In this document: positions 12,795 through 26,067 of the stretch, piece by piece
How positions within the stretch are numbered: the stretch's first letter is position 1
Layout of the letters: the number at the start of each line of letters is the position of its first letter
The notes under the pieces: generated by a model
Database searches by the model: none
Told to the model about the DNA's origin: nothing
The model's input: only the letters and a program-made list of their open reading frames with translations
Position numbers and translations under genes: made by a program
From: Octopus bimaculoides
Taxonomy: Eukaryota
Assembly (NCBI RefSeq): GCF_001194135.2
Contig: NC_069004.1
Span: forward strand, 27,744,265 to 27,808,264
DNA length: 64,000 nt
Direction: 5' to 3'

Positions 12795-13008
12795 CTCTTT
12801 ACTCTTTTACTTGTTTCAGTCATTCGACTGTGGCCATGCTGGAGCACCACCTTTAGTCGAGCAAATCGACCCCAGGACTTATTCTTTGGAAGCCTAGTAC
12901 TTATTCTATCGGTCATTTTTGCCGAACCGCTATGTTACGGGGACGTAAACACACCAGTATTGGTTGTCAAGCGATGTTGGAGGGACAAACACTGACACAC
13001 AAACATAT

Positions 13009-13045
<37 letters not shown>

Positions 13046-13208
13046 ACGAGCTTCTTTCAGTTTCCGTCTACCAAATCCACTCACAAGGCTTTGGTCGGCC
13101 CAAGGCTATAGTAGAAGACACTTGCCCAAGGTGCCACACAGTGGGACTGAACCCGGAACCATGTGGTTGGTAAGCAAGCTACTTACCACACAGCCACTCC
13201 TATGCCTA
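12795..13208 (-). mobile_element. SINE-B, full length
   Basis: head ggagtggctgtgtggtaagtag...ggttccgggttcagtccc; gcaccttgggcaagtgtcttct core; internal (TA)/(TG)n; tail ...gactgaaacaagtaaaagagtaaagag. Confidence 0.9.
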
Positions 13209-14692
13209 TGTTTGTGTGTTTATAATATTTACACATGCTAACTCACGTATATGATGTCATGTTTTATTTCTAATATGAACGCTTTAATGTGGATGTTATC
13301 TGGTTAAGAGTCACTACTTCACAGTATTTTGTACCTCCTTCTTGTGCTGTGTGAATTGACATTTCTTTTCATCCATTCAGTGAATTATATGTGTCCCTTG
13401 TTGACATACCACTCTTTCAAAATTGCACTTGTTTTGTTCAACAACGACCACCACCACAATAACAACAACAACAACAACAATGATGACAGTAACTACATTG
13501 TATTAATATCCAGCCGTTAGCTTTTATTTCCACACTGCTGCCGACTATGGTCTTTCTTAATTTCTCATCATTTGAATATTAATTTTTATCTTATTTTAAA
13601 TGCGTACTACACACTCAGGCATGAGATGGATAAAAGTAAAAAAAGAAGAGAAAATGGAAAAAGAGATACAATCAACGTGGCTAACTTTCCTTATGCAGAC
13701 ACTAAGTAAACTAACCGAAAATAAAACAAAAACCAAAGGAAATAATAATAGCAACAACAAAAGAAAGTTATTAGTATTTAAGAATTAAAGGAAATGGCCA
13801 TCTAAACACTATAGTATGGAATATATAATATTTTCTGCCTCAAAAGATGCAATTTTTTTCTCGACTGATAAGTAGCTCTTAAATTTATATTTTGCCTTAT
13901 CACTGAAAGGTCAGCTTCTAGGTAAAAGAATTTTGGTAATCTCTAATGAACACAAGGCATATATCATCATCACCATCATCATTATTATAAACATCTGTTT
14001 ATCACTCATATAATACTCATGCTTGTGTAAATATGTGTGTGTGTATGCACACTTGTTTACATGCACACATACATATATATATGTATATGTATATGTATGC
14101 ATGTAATATATTCATTTATGTGTGTGTGTATTTATACATGACCCATACAAGCATGGAAATGTGGATGTTAAATGATGATGAGATATACATGTGTGTGTCT
14201 GTCTGTCTGTCTACTGTCCGTCTATACTCTCTCACTTTCATACACACACACATATATACATACATATATATATATATATCCATACATACACACAAACATC
14301 CATATGCGTGTTTATCTGTCTGTACATATGTATGATTCTATGTGGAAAGCATATATATGAAGCTCTTAAAACTTCCTCTATACTTATAAGCGATGATTAT
14401 TTAAGCTCATGCACACACATACACACACACACAAGAATTGTCATGAATTATTTGGTTACAACAGACTAATAGAATTCTGATGCTTGATGTTGTTGTTGTT
14501 GTCAAAGTATACACATGCATGAATAGATGCACAACGGAACTTAGTGTATCATGTATCAAGTTAGTGATGGACTACAAGTTTTTCATACATATGTCAGTGT
14601 GTATATGTGTTTATAGTTGTTTCCACACACACAATGTGGAGGCCAAAGAACTTCCTAGTCTTCTCTTTATTGAGATCACGACAGCTTTTGTA

Positions 14693-15085
14693 GTGTTGGT
14701 GTCATGATAAAATGTCTCGCATATAATGTGGTGCCAAGAGGACTCCATAGTCCAGACAGTCTTCCCAGTGCTGGTGCCATGATAAAATGTCTCGCATATA
14801 ATGTGGTGTCAAGAGGACTCCATAGTCCAGACAGTCTTCCCAGTGCTGGTGCCATGATAAAATGTCTCGCATATAATGTGGTGTCAAGAGGACTCCATAG
14901 TCCAGACAGTCTTCCCAGNNNNNNNNNNNNNNNNNNNNNNNNNNNNNNNNNNNNCCAAGAGGACTCCATAGTCCAGACAGTCTTCCCAGTGCTGGTGCCA
15001 TGATAAAATGTCTCGCATATAATGTGGTGTCAAGAGGACTCCATAGTCCAGACAGTCTTCCCAGTGTTGGTGCCATGATAAAATG
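14693..15085. repeat. 75-bp minisatellite, about 5 units (gap inside, so copy number uncertain)
   Basis: unit catgataaaatgtctcgcatataatgtggtgtcaagaggactccatagtccagacagtcttcccagtgctggtgc starts at 14703, 14778, 14853, 14999 and 15074 (partial). Confidence 0.95.
14919..14954. other. assembly gap (36 N) inside the minisatellite
   Basis: run of N. Confidence 1.
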
Positions 15086-15454
15086 CTTCCAGTGCTTTCT
15101 GTTAGGGAGGACAACTAACACTAGAAACCATGCTAAACAAAATGTGGGAGCAAGTTGTGTTCTCTTGACCTGAATAGGAGAGAATAGTAACCCCCAATAA
15201 GAACTAAGATTATCACAGCTTATTCTTTGAATGCAAAACGTTGATGATGATGATATTTGATACTCTGAGTATATTGTGTCATCATGCAGCACAAATCATG
15301 ACAAATGAAAGGTCAAGGTCCTATATAATTTCATTATCAAGCCCTCACCTTTTTTAGTAATTTCCATAAACATTTAACACAAGAGGTTCCAGCCTACCAA
15401 CATATCTAAAATGAGGTACATACTGGATGGATTGTTATAAGAAAATCATCAAGC

Positions 15455-15770
15455 ATAGCTGTGCGGTAAGAAGTTTGCTTCTCAACCACATGGTTCTGAG
15501 ATCAATTCCACTACATGGCACCTTGGGCAAATGTCTTTTACTGTTTATAGTGATCAAGTGTTTGTGTGCACATAAGCTCACTCCCTCCATCAGATCGACA
15601 TTACCTGTACAGGTGCAATGGGTGCCACATGACATGTTGAAATGACTGTAGAGCAGCATGAAATGAAGTGCTTTGCTCAAGAACACAATGCAATGCCCAG
15701 TCTGGGAATCGAACTCACGATCTCACAATCATGAGTGCAACGCCTTAACCACTAAGCCATGCGCCTTCAC
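15455..15770. mobile_element. SINE-B head (+) abutting a SINE-D-type element (-)
   Basis: gctgtgcggtaagaagtttgc...gcaccttgggcaaatg; ...gctcaagaacac...accactaagccatgcgccttc. Confidence 0.65.
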
Positions 15771-17049
15771 ATATCATATCTCTCATCGTGTGTCTTTTTC
15801 TGTTTCTGTGTGTGTGTGTGTGTTTGGTGATGCAAATAGAAAAATAAAACTCAAAACGAGCATAAATTCATTTTTTATTTATAGTTGGCACAAGTTAGAG
15901 AGTGACTCAAGGGTCAAAAGTTTCATGTGTTGCCACTTATATATATATGTGTGTGTGTGTATATACTAACTTTGCCTGTGTCCAACTTCGATTAAAACAA
16001 ATGCACCCCACAGTGTATATATTCAAAAGGAGTTTTAATTAAAACTTTATTGCAAGTTTAATGCACTTGTTACTTTCTTCTGCCTTGTTCTGAAGTTACT
16101 CTTCCTTTTTCCCCACTTCACACACTTTGAGAACTCTTCCCATAAATCCTTTAGCTGTCAATGGCTCATATCTGTGTTTCTGTTAACTCAGTTAGCTACA
16201 ACTGATCATTGCAGAATTTGCAAATATCTGACAAAAAAGTTAATAACCCTCATGCCCTCATGTCATCATTATGCCAACCTTACCTCAATAACCAGAATAA
16301 TAATCACAATATAATGTATATTGTTGAATATGGCATATTTTTATATACATTTTACAGTTTAGCGAGATAATTCTGGCAAATATGATGCTTTGTGTGTTTT
16401 AATTTAAATAAAATTAGCATAATTTTCAAATTCATTACAGAGAAATCAAGAATGAACAAAAGAAAAACCAAAAACTAACAATAAGTTATACAGATTAGTT
16501 CCTTAAAATGTTGCAGATTTTTGAAAAAAATTGATAAATAAATATATAAGGAATCATTATTATGATGATGAGGATGCAACACAAATAAATATTCAAGCAC
16601 ATGATTTCGGTTGAAAATATAGAAAAGAAAGCAAAATTATAAAAACACCAAAAGTGTAGAAATTTCTAGTGTATCTGCATTATAGCTCAGGAAACAATTT
16701 GGTTCACCTACTACACTTCTGTCTGTGTTAATATGCTGCATTAAAATCAGTTTGGAGATGTCTGAAAGAGGCTGAAGATTTTGAAATTGTCTGTCTCTCA
16801 ATAACATGTTGTCATGAATACAATTGTTGTCGTATTAAATTCGCTGTATGATAGATTGACCGTTATCAGTATTTCGAAGCTAAGACATAGCCAAAATGTA
16901 TATTTTCCAGTTTTGTTACCGCATCTAAAATGGAAGTTATTATTTGATTATGCATAAAGTTAATTATATATAAATGTGAACAGACAAGGTTTACAGCAGT
17001 TTTCTAACTTAAGGCAGAAGTTGTATGTATTCCTAAAAGTTTTCTACTG

Positions 17050-17084
<35 letters not shown>

Positions 17085-17190
17085 ATATATATATATATAT
17101 TTATATTTATTCATGCACATCTATGATATATATAAATGTATACACTATATATTTGTGTGTGTGTGTGTGTATATGTATATATATATATAA

Positions 17191-17374
17191 TCATCATCAT
17201 CGTTTAACGTCCGCTTTCCATGCTAGCATGGGTTGACGATTTGACTGAGGACTGGCGAACTAGATGGCTGCACCAGGCTCCAATCTGATTTGGCAGAGTT
17301 TCTACAGCTGGATGCCCTTCCTAATGCCAACCACTCCAAAAGTGTAGTGAGTGCTTTTACGTGCCACCGGCACG
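17191..17374 (-). mobile_element. SINE-A in a TA microsatellite
   Basis: near-identical to the 1842 copy. Confidence 0.9.
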
Positions 17375-17734
17375 ATATATATTACATCTGCACGGAAATA
17401 ATGTATTTATTAGTACTGTTAGTATTGCAATAATTTTACTGGTGATTGTTATTACTGGAATGTTCTTGTCTGGTTTTCCTCATCCTTTGTCACTGGTGCT
17501 CAACCATTTCAATACCAACCCTTCTCGTTCAAATTCTAGCTCTAATTTATAAAATCTTGAGTTTTAAAGTTTTTATATTTAGTTAAATGAAAAACTATTT
17601 CACCATACGTTTTATGGATAACACTTTCTTGTTCGATAAAGTATCTTAACGAAAAAGTTTATTCCATTAAATCCTTCCAAATTATTGATTATTTGCAAAA
17701 TTAATTAAAGCATGCAGGTAGTATATTTCGTTAG

Positions 17735-18305
17735 TAATATCTTTTATCTTTTACTTGTTTCACTCATTGCACTGTGGCCATGCTGGGGTATTTCATTGAT
17801 GGGTTTAGTGAAACAAATCGATCCCAGTACTTTTTTTTTAAGCTTGGTACTTATTCTATCAGCCTTTTTTGCTGAATTGCTAAGTTACGGGGACATAAAC
17901 AAATCAATATTGGTTGTCATATGCTAGTAGGAGGAACAAACAAACAAGAACACACACGTATATATATACACACACCTCAAGTTTGTCTGCCCTTGGGCAT
18001 CTCCTATGCATATGAACCTTCTCCAGCAATTTCTAGCCTTGTCTTCATTGAATGGTATAACTTCCTCTGCCTAATATCATTGAACTCCCACCTCTTGGTC
18101 TAGAGTGTGTCATTATATATATATATACATATATATATACACACGCACACACACACATATATATCTGATGGACTTCCACACAGTTTTTGTCTCCTGAATT
18201 CACTCACAAGGCAGCTATAGCAGAAGTCACTTTCCTAAGATGCCGCACAGTGGGACTGAATCCAAAGTGCCATGGTTGGAAAGTGAGCTACTTAACCACA
18301 CAGCC
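17735..18305 (-). mobile_element. SINE-B, degenerate and split
   Basis: tail at about 17735-17950 and head at about 18170-18305. Confidence 0.6.
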
Positions 18306-19045
18306 AGGTTTAAATTTCAAGATTTTTGATGCCAGATTTCTTTCAGCAAACAGGACACAGTTTGACTGTGGCATCTTGTATTAGGCTGCACTTTGTGTGT
18401 CTGTGTGTGTGTAATTTTGTATTATTCTTTGCTACTAACATAACTTCTGTTTCTAATCTAGGTTGTTGTTGTTGCTGCTGCTTTTTTTTCTTTTATTTTT
18501 GATGGTATTCTCCAGGAGACAGCTGTGCAATCAACTAATGTATTTTTTTTGTATCTGGCTCTGTTTTCTCTTGTATAATATAATCTGTTGCTATATTTCC
18601 TTGTTGTAGTAGATACCTACATGGTCAGCCAGCAAGTGTGGTGCTTTCTATATCCAATGCCACTATTAGACTTATAAAGTCTTCAACTTTCTCATATTTA
18701 TATCTGAGTTTGTAAATTACATTAGTCTCCCAACGTTTATTCAGCAGCTTACAGGCATTCTCTTGTTTATTAGTATTGTTGTTAATTATGTTACAAAAGA
18801 CTGCAAACTTGGATAGAAAAAAAAAAAAAAGAAAAGAAAAAAGACATTATTTGATAACATAACTGTTTTATTTAGAATATCCACCCCACCTCCAAATAAA
18901 CTAGGAAAATTGTGGGGGCAGCTGCATTAGCAGCAGAATATAATGCACAACTCAGCATAAAGATAAGATATTGCATTGTGTTATAAACATATGGAGCTAT
19001 GACTAATCCGTCTACTGAAACTTTCACATCAGTAGTGGCTTATGA

Positions 19046-19321
19046 CAGGGGTTTTCAAACTTCTTGACTTGTGGACCCCTTTATATTTCAGGCTTTACCT
19101 TAGGGACCCCCTTATAAACGCTTATGAAATTTACACATAAATATTTGCTTAAAAAAACATATATTTTTACATTTATTTTTTTAACAGTATTTAACAAATA
19201 GGTTTATTGTCAATTAAAAGATTTCGATTAAAAAAACATACATAAAATCAAATTGCCCATAAAAAGTATTTGCTGTCCACGGACCCCCTGTGGTCCGGGG
19301 ACCACAGTTTGAAGACTCCTG
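19046..19321. mobile_element. hAT-family MITE
   Basis: TIRs caggggttttcaaac / gtttgaagactcctg; 8-bp TSD gcttatga / gcttttga (1 mismatch). Confidence 0.85.
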
Positions 19322-19339
19322 GCTTTTGACACAGTCCAT

Positions 19340-19630
19340 CGTAAGTGATGACAGTGTCGATCCAAGACATTCACCCGCCACCACCTTTAGCACATTGTTT
19401 CTCATGGGAGTGGACATACCTGACCAGACTGATACAAGATCCTGTGGCACTGAGGGCACTGAAAGTGACCCTGAACATGGCAGCTGCCACAGGTTGATGA
19501 TGATGTCTCCTCTTCTCCTCATGCAGTCTTCTGTGTTCAGTTTCAAAGCACTCTCTTCCAACATCACACACGGGCCTCCATGCCTTCCAATTAACAGCCA
19601 GGGGCTCCAACTGATTGAGAGGTGACACTG
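19340..19630 (-). mobile_element. RTE-clade LINE 3' end fragment
   Basis: LAVNWKAWRPVCDVGRECFETEHRRLHEEKRR, then frameshifted FQCPQC...SHEKQC, matching the RTE C-terminal Cys/His pattern. Confidence 0.7.
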
Positions 19631-20284
19631 CATAAAATGAGAAACTATTTGAATTGATCGTAGTTAGAAAAATGTATAAATGAACAATTGTTTCAGATTT
19701 TAGCACAAGACCAATTTTTAAGGAAAGGAATAAGTCAATTACATTGATCCCAGTACACGAGTAATACTTTATTTTATTGATCCCAAAAGGATAAATGGCA
19801 AAATTGACTTTGGTGGGATGTGAAGAATCAGAAGAAATGCTGCCAATCAATTTTCCAGCACACTAACAATTCTGTCATTTCATGAGAAACAGACAGAATT
19901 TCATTCCCACGATTCTTGTTTACAATACAAATAATAATGACGACGAAAATTTCCTGATTCCTCCACTTCCCTGATTCCCTCATCCATCAATCCTTACAGA
20001 AATACAATGGAAATATGAAAACTTCTTAATTGGAAGAGGGTTCTCTTGAAAAACATGTTAAAATGAAAAGCTATGTGTGAACATGTAAAGGCAAAATTAT
20101 GAAGCAGATAACCCCTAGAAATAGGTTGGGTGTTGACATCACTGAATATCTCTGCCAAGTATTCAATTCTTTTACCTATTTCAGTCATGTTGACTGTGGT
20201 CATGCTGGAGCACCCCCTTACAAATGCCAACGGCTTAACAGACTATACTGGATGCCTTTATTGTGGCACCAGCATCCAGTGAAG

Positions 20285-20701
20285 TGAGCTTGTGTTCGCT
20301 TACCCACTCAACTGAGCAGGGGGATAGAAGATAGGGTGGTTGCTAGAGTGATGCCCCCAAAAAAGAGGAAAGTTTGGTAGAGATGGGGTGCCAGAGCGTA
20401 CACGCATGGTAACATATCCAAAAAGGTGAATAGACGAGAGCATGGGTACAGGAAGAATCAGGAAAAGTAAGGTTGCAAGAGTGTGAGAGTAGGCATAAGG
20501 GTGGTGGAGGTTAGATGTTTATAGAGGATGAATGTAATGCAAGGGGAACTGGGAAGAGGGGGGTAATTATCAGTGTGGTGTATGATGATGAGAATGAAGA
20601 TTGGATGCCAACAGAGAGGTACCACAGGGGAGAAGGAATAGTGACTGGCTGTAAAGATGGTTTTATGGTGAACGTCAACTATTGTGCACATTAACATTGC
20701 A
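20285..20701 (-). mobile_element. 417-bp insertion, probably a retroposon 3' UTR fragment
   Basis: 12-bp direct repeat CATCCAGTGAAG at 20273-20284 and 20702-20713 flanks a strand-biased purine-rich block; family and strand assignment are inferred. Confidence 0.6.
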
Positions 20702-20768
20702 CATCCAGTGAAGCAGGTTTGCCCTATTTCCCCGGATTATTATTATTTCTTTTTTCATTTTGTCTCAT

Positions 20769-20895
20769 TACCATGTAGCATTACAGTTCGTACACAAGCA
20801 TCATGCTTTTCCCTCTGAGAGAAAAACCTTTCATTGGCAACAGTGGTTCCAGCTCCCTGAACTTCCTCCACCCTGATTTTAGTCTGGCTACTTTT
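20769..20895 (-). mobile_element. RTE-clade LINE reverse transcriptase C-terminal fragment
   Basis: ARLKSGWRKFRELEPLLPMKGFSLRGK, then frameshifted DACVRTVMLHG; matches RTE ARI..GW.KFREL.PLL...G.SL..KG..Y.ACVR..ML.G. Confidence 0.8.
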
Positions 20896-21490
20896 CTTTG
20901 AAAACATCATCTACCACTGCTTAATAAGGTTACCTAGATAACAAAAAAGGTATCTACTACTTCTAGAGATCCTTTTGCATGTTTGAGAGTATTTATTTCC
21001 CATGCACACGTAGCGTTTACTGCTCCTGCACGTACATGTACATATGTATATATGTCAGTATGGTAAGCAGACATAAAATGATGATGATGATACACACACA
21101 TGCTCACACATCCATCAATCTATCTACTCATGTATGTATATAATGAATGTAATGTATGTATGTATGTATGAACAAGAGAGTGAAAAAGGAGAGGGGTAAA
21201 AGACCATTATCTTAGTTTAAGAAAATCTTTAATGTGATTTTCAAGAAATTTGTTGAAGAAAATCAAACAGAATCTGTAAATCTTATATGTAGATATCTCT
21301 CTTGTACATCCACTTTTAAATAAATGGGTTTCTTTTTTTTTTTCCATATAAGTTTAAATAGATGGTATTCTGCCTTCAAGTCTAAATGGATGGTCTTTAT
21401 CTTCTAGCTTTCAGTTATATGGTCTTCAGAATCCAAGTGAACATTTTGAATTTAAATTACCATTTTCATTGTTTCCAATAACATTTGCTT

Positions 21491-21532
<42 letters not shown>

Positions 21533-22227
21533 ACCACTCCTCTGTTTTTATACAAATTTATGATGGCGATAAGAATGATTTACTTAGCAAATTTCTACAT
21601 ACACTGGAATAAATGCTATGTGAATATACAATGACTAGCTGCCATAAATGTAAATTTAAGTGAAGTTTGGAGGCTGGAAGTGTTTGATACTTGTCTGTTT
21701 ACTTCTACAATTTTGCTTCATGCACACATCTACGTCTGTGTAAGTGTGAACCTGCATATGTATAATCCAAATGAAATAAATGTCATTCAGAAACCTGATA
21801 TAGCTTTCTACATAGTTTGTTTTTACTTATGAAACCTGACAGTCTTCTTCATCTGTGTGTGTGTGAGAGAGAGAGAGAGATAGACAGACAGACTCAGAGA
21901 GAGAGAGAGAGCTACTGGTGTTTTTTTTTAAAGTATAAATAGCATTTCGCTTTCCCATTGTCTGGTCTTGGAATGGTTCATTGCTGTGACTGATAGCAAC
22001 TAATCAAAAGTTACTACCTATTATAAAGTCTTGTTTGACATTAGAAAACCAATGATAACACTGTAAATCCTATTTGAAAGGATATCTGAGTGCAAAGTAA
22101 TCTGCTAAGCTGTGAAATATTTTCTTCTTTCCGTATTCTTTTTCCATTGATGCAGTCGACTGTTTCTAGATGAAGGAATAAAAATTCTTGCAATGTACTT
22201 TGTTGTTGAAAACTTATCCATTTTGCA

Positions 22228-22620
22228 AGTGGCAGAATCGTTAGCTCATTGGCAAAATTGCTTCGTAGCATTTCTTCCAATCCTGCTGAGGTCATCTTTG
22301 CCTTTTTTGAAAGGGTGTGTGATGAAATAAATACCAGTTCAGTACTGGGGATGATGTAATTGACTTGTCTCCTACCCCTAAATTTGCTGGCCTTGTGCCA
22401 AAAGTTGAAACTATTAGGTGGTGGGTTGGCAGAGTCATTAACTTATTGGGGGAAATTCTTTATGGCATTTCTTTCAGCTCTTTACATTCTGAAGTTAACT
22501 TTGCCTTTCATCCTTTCAGGGTTGATTAAATAAAGTTTCTGTCAAGTACTGGGGCTGTTGGTGTCCTCTAACTCTTTTCTCACAAAATTGCTGGACATCA
22601 ATCAAAAGCAATTATTATTA

Positions 22621-22671
<51 letters not shown>

Positions 22672-22955
22672 TTCGAGTTGCGCTTTTTGTCATTAAGTTG
22701 GCCATAGTGATGGATTATGTCAGCTATGTTTACCTTAGTGATGGATTGTGTCAATTGTATACAAAAGTAAAGAACTCTTCTCTCTATCTAATTATTATTA
22801 TTGTTATTATTATTATTATTATTATTAATATTATTATTATTGTGGTGGTGGTGGTGAGCTGGCAGAATCATTAGCACACTGGGTGAAATGCATTCCCTCC
22901 CCCAAATTTTCAGGCCTTATGCTTTTAGTAGAAAGGATTATTATTATTATTATTC
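22228..22955 (+). mobile_element. array of degenerate SINE-C copies with (ATT)n tails
   Basis: repeated ggcagaatcgttagc, ctttgcctttcatcc and ggccttgtgcc motifs; long (ATT)n at about 22620-22668. Confidence 0.75.
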
Positions 22956-23462
22956 AGTGGTGTGCACAATTGCATTACATTTGGAATCAATGTTCTTGAT
23001 ACCAGGTCATAACTAGTTTCCTTAGATTTTGGGGACTTTTTGAATAATCTTTGCTGTTCCTATCATCATATTCATCATCATTTAATGTCTGTTTTTCCAT
23101 ACTGGCATGAGTTGGACAATTCGACAGGAGCTGGCAGGGTAAGGAGTCACACCAAGTTCCATTGCCTGTTCTGGCACGATTTCTACAGCTGGATACCCTT
23201 CCTGTCTCCTACCATGTTACAGAGTGTACTAGGTGCTTTTTGTGTGGCACCAGCACCAAAGACATATTTCTGTATTGATGTATTTCTCATAGTTACTTCG
23301 ATCTCATTAAGGAAACTACCAAGTCTGTTAGTAACGGTACCTAGAGCACCTACAATTACTGGAATTACTGTTGCAGAAAGTTTCCACAGTCTTTGAATTT
23401 CCCTCACTAAGTCTTGATATTGTCTTTATTTTTCTCCCTGTTCTTTGAACACTACATTCAAC
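22955..23462 (-). mobile_element. R4/Dong-clade LINE 3' fragment (restriction-like endonuclease C-terminus), interrupted by SINE-A at about 23064-23258
   Basis: QYQDLVREIQRLWKLSATVIPVIVGALGTVTNRLGSFLNEIEVTMRNTSIQKYV [insertion] MIGTAKIIQKVPKI*; matches the KYQDL..EI.RLW...PVV.GALG...LGTA.I pattern. Confidence 0.85.
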
Positions 23463-24317
23463 ATCATTATCATCATCATCATCATTTAGCATCTGCTTTC
23501 CATGCTGGCATAGGTTCGGTGGTTTGACTGCAGCTGGTAAGCCAGAGAACTTCACCAAATTCCAGTCTGATTTGACATGTTAGCTGAAATCCATATCTAT
23601 GAAGATGCACCACCATGATGGTAACCACCACCACCACCACTATCATCACCATTACTACCACTTTGTAAGATAGGCTCGTTAAATTTATACATTACGCAAG
23701 AGCAGTTCTGCCTGTCTTTCCTCGTGTCTGCCATTAATAACATCACTCTAGGGGTTTAACTGTTATAAACTATGCAGAATCAATGATAGGACATGTCAGT
23801 GTGAAACACCTGTGTGAAACATTTTCAAAATCCAGACAAAATACACTGCCATGGGGGGGAAAAAAATAAAAGATTTTCTTCAATTACCTTATTGACTATC
23901 TGAGTTTCTTATCACAGGCTGTGTAGTTTAACAGCTGGTACACAAATGACCTTCATGTTTTAAGATAATGTTGCTTGAAAGTTAGCAATGGCTTGAGTTT
24001 CAATTTTGCTAAATGAGGGTGAAACACAAGACATTTTATCTCACTGAAGGGATTGTAGGTACATCGTAAAACAGCCTGATTGAATAAAATCAACATTAGT
24101 GTCTGAAGAAATTTTCTTTTATTTACTTTAGAATCGAGTTTCAATGTGGTAAATGGTAAATACACACAAACACACAGGGACGTTTATATATATATATAAA
24201 TGCAGTGAAAATTAACTGAATAAATGACCTATTGCAGGTAGAGTGAGATACTTTTGATAATTTTATTGACATTGACTCTGAAGTTTCACTGGTCATCAGC
24301 ATTAATAGTATGTGTGT

Positions 24318-24657
24318 ATCATCACCATTGTTTAATGTCTGCTTTCCATGCTAGCATGGGTTGGACGATTTGACTGAGGACTGGCAAGCCAGAATGCTGC
24401 ACCAGGCTCCAATCTGATCTGGCAGAGTTTCTACTGCTGGATGCCCTTCCTAATGCCAACCACTCTGAGAGTGTAATGGGTGCTTTTACGTGCCACCGGC
24501 ATGAGGGCCAGTCACACGGTACTGGCAACGGCCACACTCAAAAAGGTGTTTTTTATGTGCCACCTGCACGGGAGCCAGTCCAGCGGCACTGGCAATGACC
24601 TTGCTTGAATGATTTTCTAACGTGCCACCAGCACAAGTGCTAGAAGGCAACGCTGGT
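24318..24657 (-). mobile_element. SINE-A, long form with internal subrepeats
   Basis: standard SINE-A body plus repeated gtgccacc.gcac units. Confidence 0.85.
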
Positions 24658-24961
24658 GTATATGTGTAAATATATATATATATATACATAGATATATATA
24701 TATTTTAAGTGTATGATTAATTTATGGAATGAAGTTCTACAAATTCAATCATATTTGTCAAAAATGGAGATAAGATGTTAAAAAGTTGGAAGAAGTTTAT
24801 TCACGCATACAATCGTTTCATACATAGATATAAATTCATTTTAGAATTTGCAAATATCATAGTACTCATCAGTGCAGAGAAAAAATAATAGGAACTTAAA
24901 AAAAGAACAGAGAAGTTGGATCTATGAGTTTCATGTTTATTTGTTCCTATGTGTGATCGTT

Positions 24962-25020
24962 ATGGGAGTCATGTCAATTAGTAAACCACAATAAGGTTTA
25001 ATAATTGACGTGACTCCCAT
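24962..25020 (+). ncRNA. candidate pre-miRNA-like hairpin (unverified)
   Basis: 19-bp stem atgggagtcatgtcaatta / taattgacgtgactcccat (one G:U on the + strand), one mismatch, 6-bp taaacc/ggttta, 7-nt loop; unique flanks. Confidence 0.35.
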
Positions 25021-25728
25021 CACTGTTACTTTCTCTGATGCAGAACGGAATTTTGTCAGTGGTCTCAAAGCAATGAAAATATTTTGACAATTAATGTTGA
25101 AGTGAATCTACTGGTGTTTGTGTGTTTTTAAATGGCTTATAAACACCTTCTATGCTGCAATTGTTTTTATTTCAGCACACGATCTCAGATCAGGTCACTT
25201 GCTATGCAAGTACATGTCCGTAATAGAATATATATATATATATATATATATATAGGCATGGTTGCGGGATTAGGAAGCTTGCTTCCTAGCCACATGTTTT
25301 TAGGTTCAGTCCCACTGCGTGGCACCTTGGGCAAGTGTATTCTGCTATAGCCGCAGGCTAACCAAAGCCTGGTGATTGAATTTGGTAGGTGGAAGTTATC
25401 ATCATGTGTGTGTAAGTGCTTGTGCCACCTAACAGAGAGTTGTGGTATGAAGTCAAACCAAATAGTGATATTTTCAAATCATTTAATATGTACTCTTCAG
25501 GTTTGCATAATATATAATAAGCAATGCATCCACTGTGTTGTCCTTCCTCTATGCAAACCTAAAACATATGTGATAAATTATTTCAAAATATCACTATTTG
25601 ATTTGACTTCACTTATGTAGACACTCAAACAACAATTTAGAGTAGTTTGTTATATTTGACTCACACCAAAAATTCTCGTACTGTGTACTGCTTCTTAGGA
25701 TAACATAATAATATATTATATATATATA

Positions 25729-26067
<339 letters not shown>

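Noticed and set aside
14693-15292. CRISPR array or repeat-protein CDS (ORFs of 97-196 aa)
   Set aside because: The units are contiguous with no unique spacers. The open frames simply follow from a stop-free 75-bp period and the N gap.
19214-19850. Overlapping 111-159 aa ORFs as host genes
   Set aside because: They span a hAT MITE end, an RTE 3' remnant and a SINE-C.
20779-20901. + strand exon after a good-looking acceptor (ccatgtag)
   Set aside because: The opposite strand is a clear RTE reverse transcriptase fragment.
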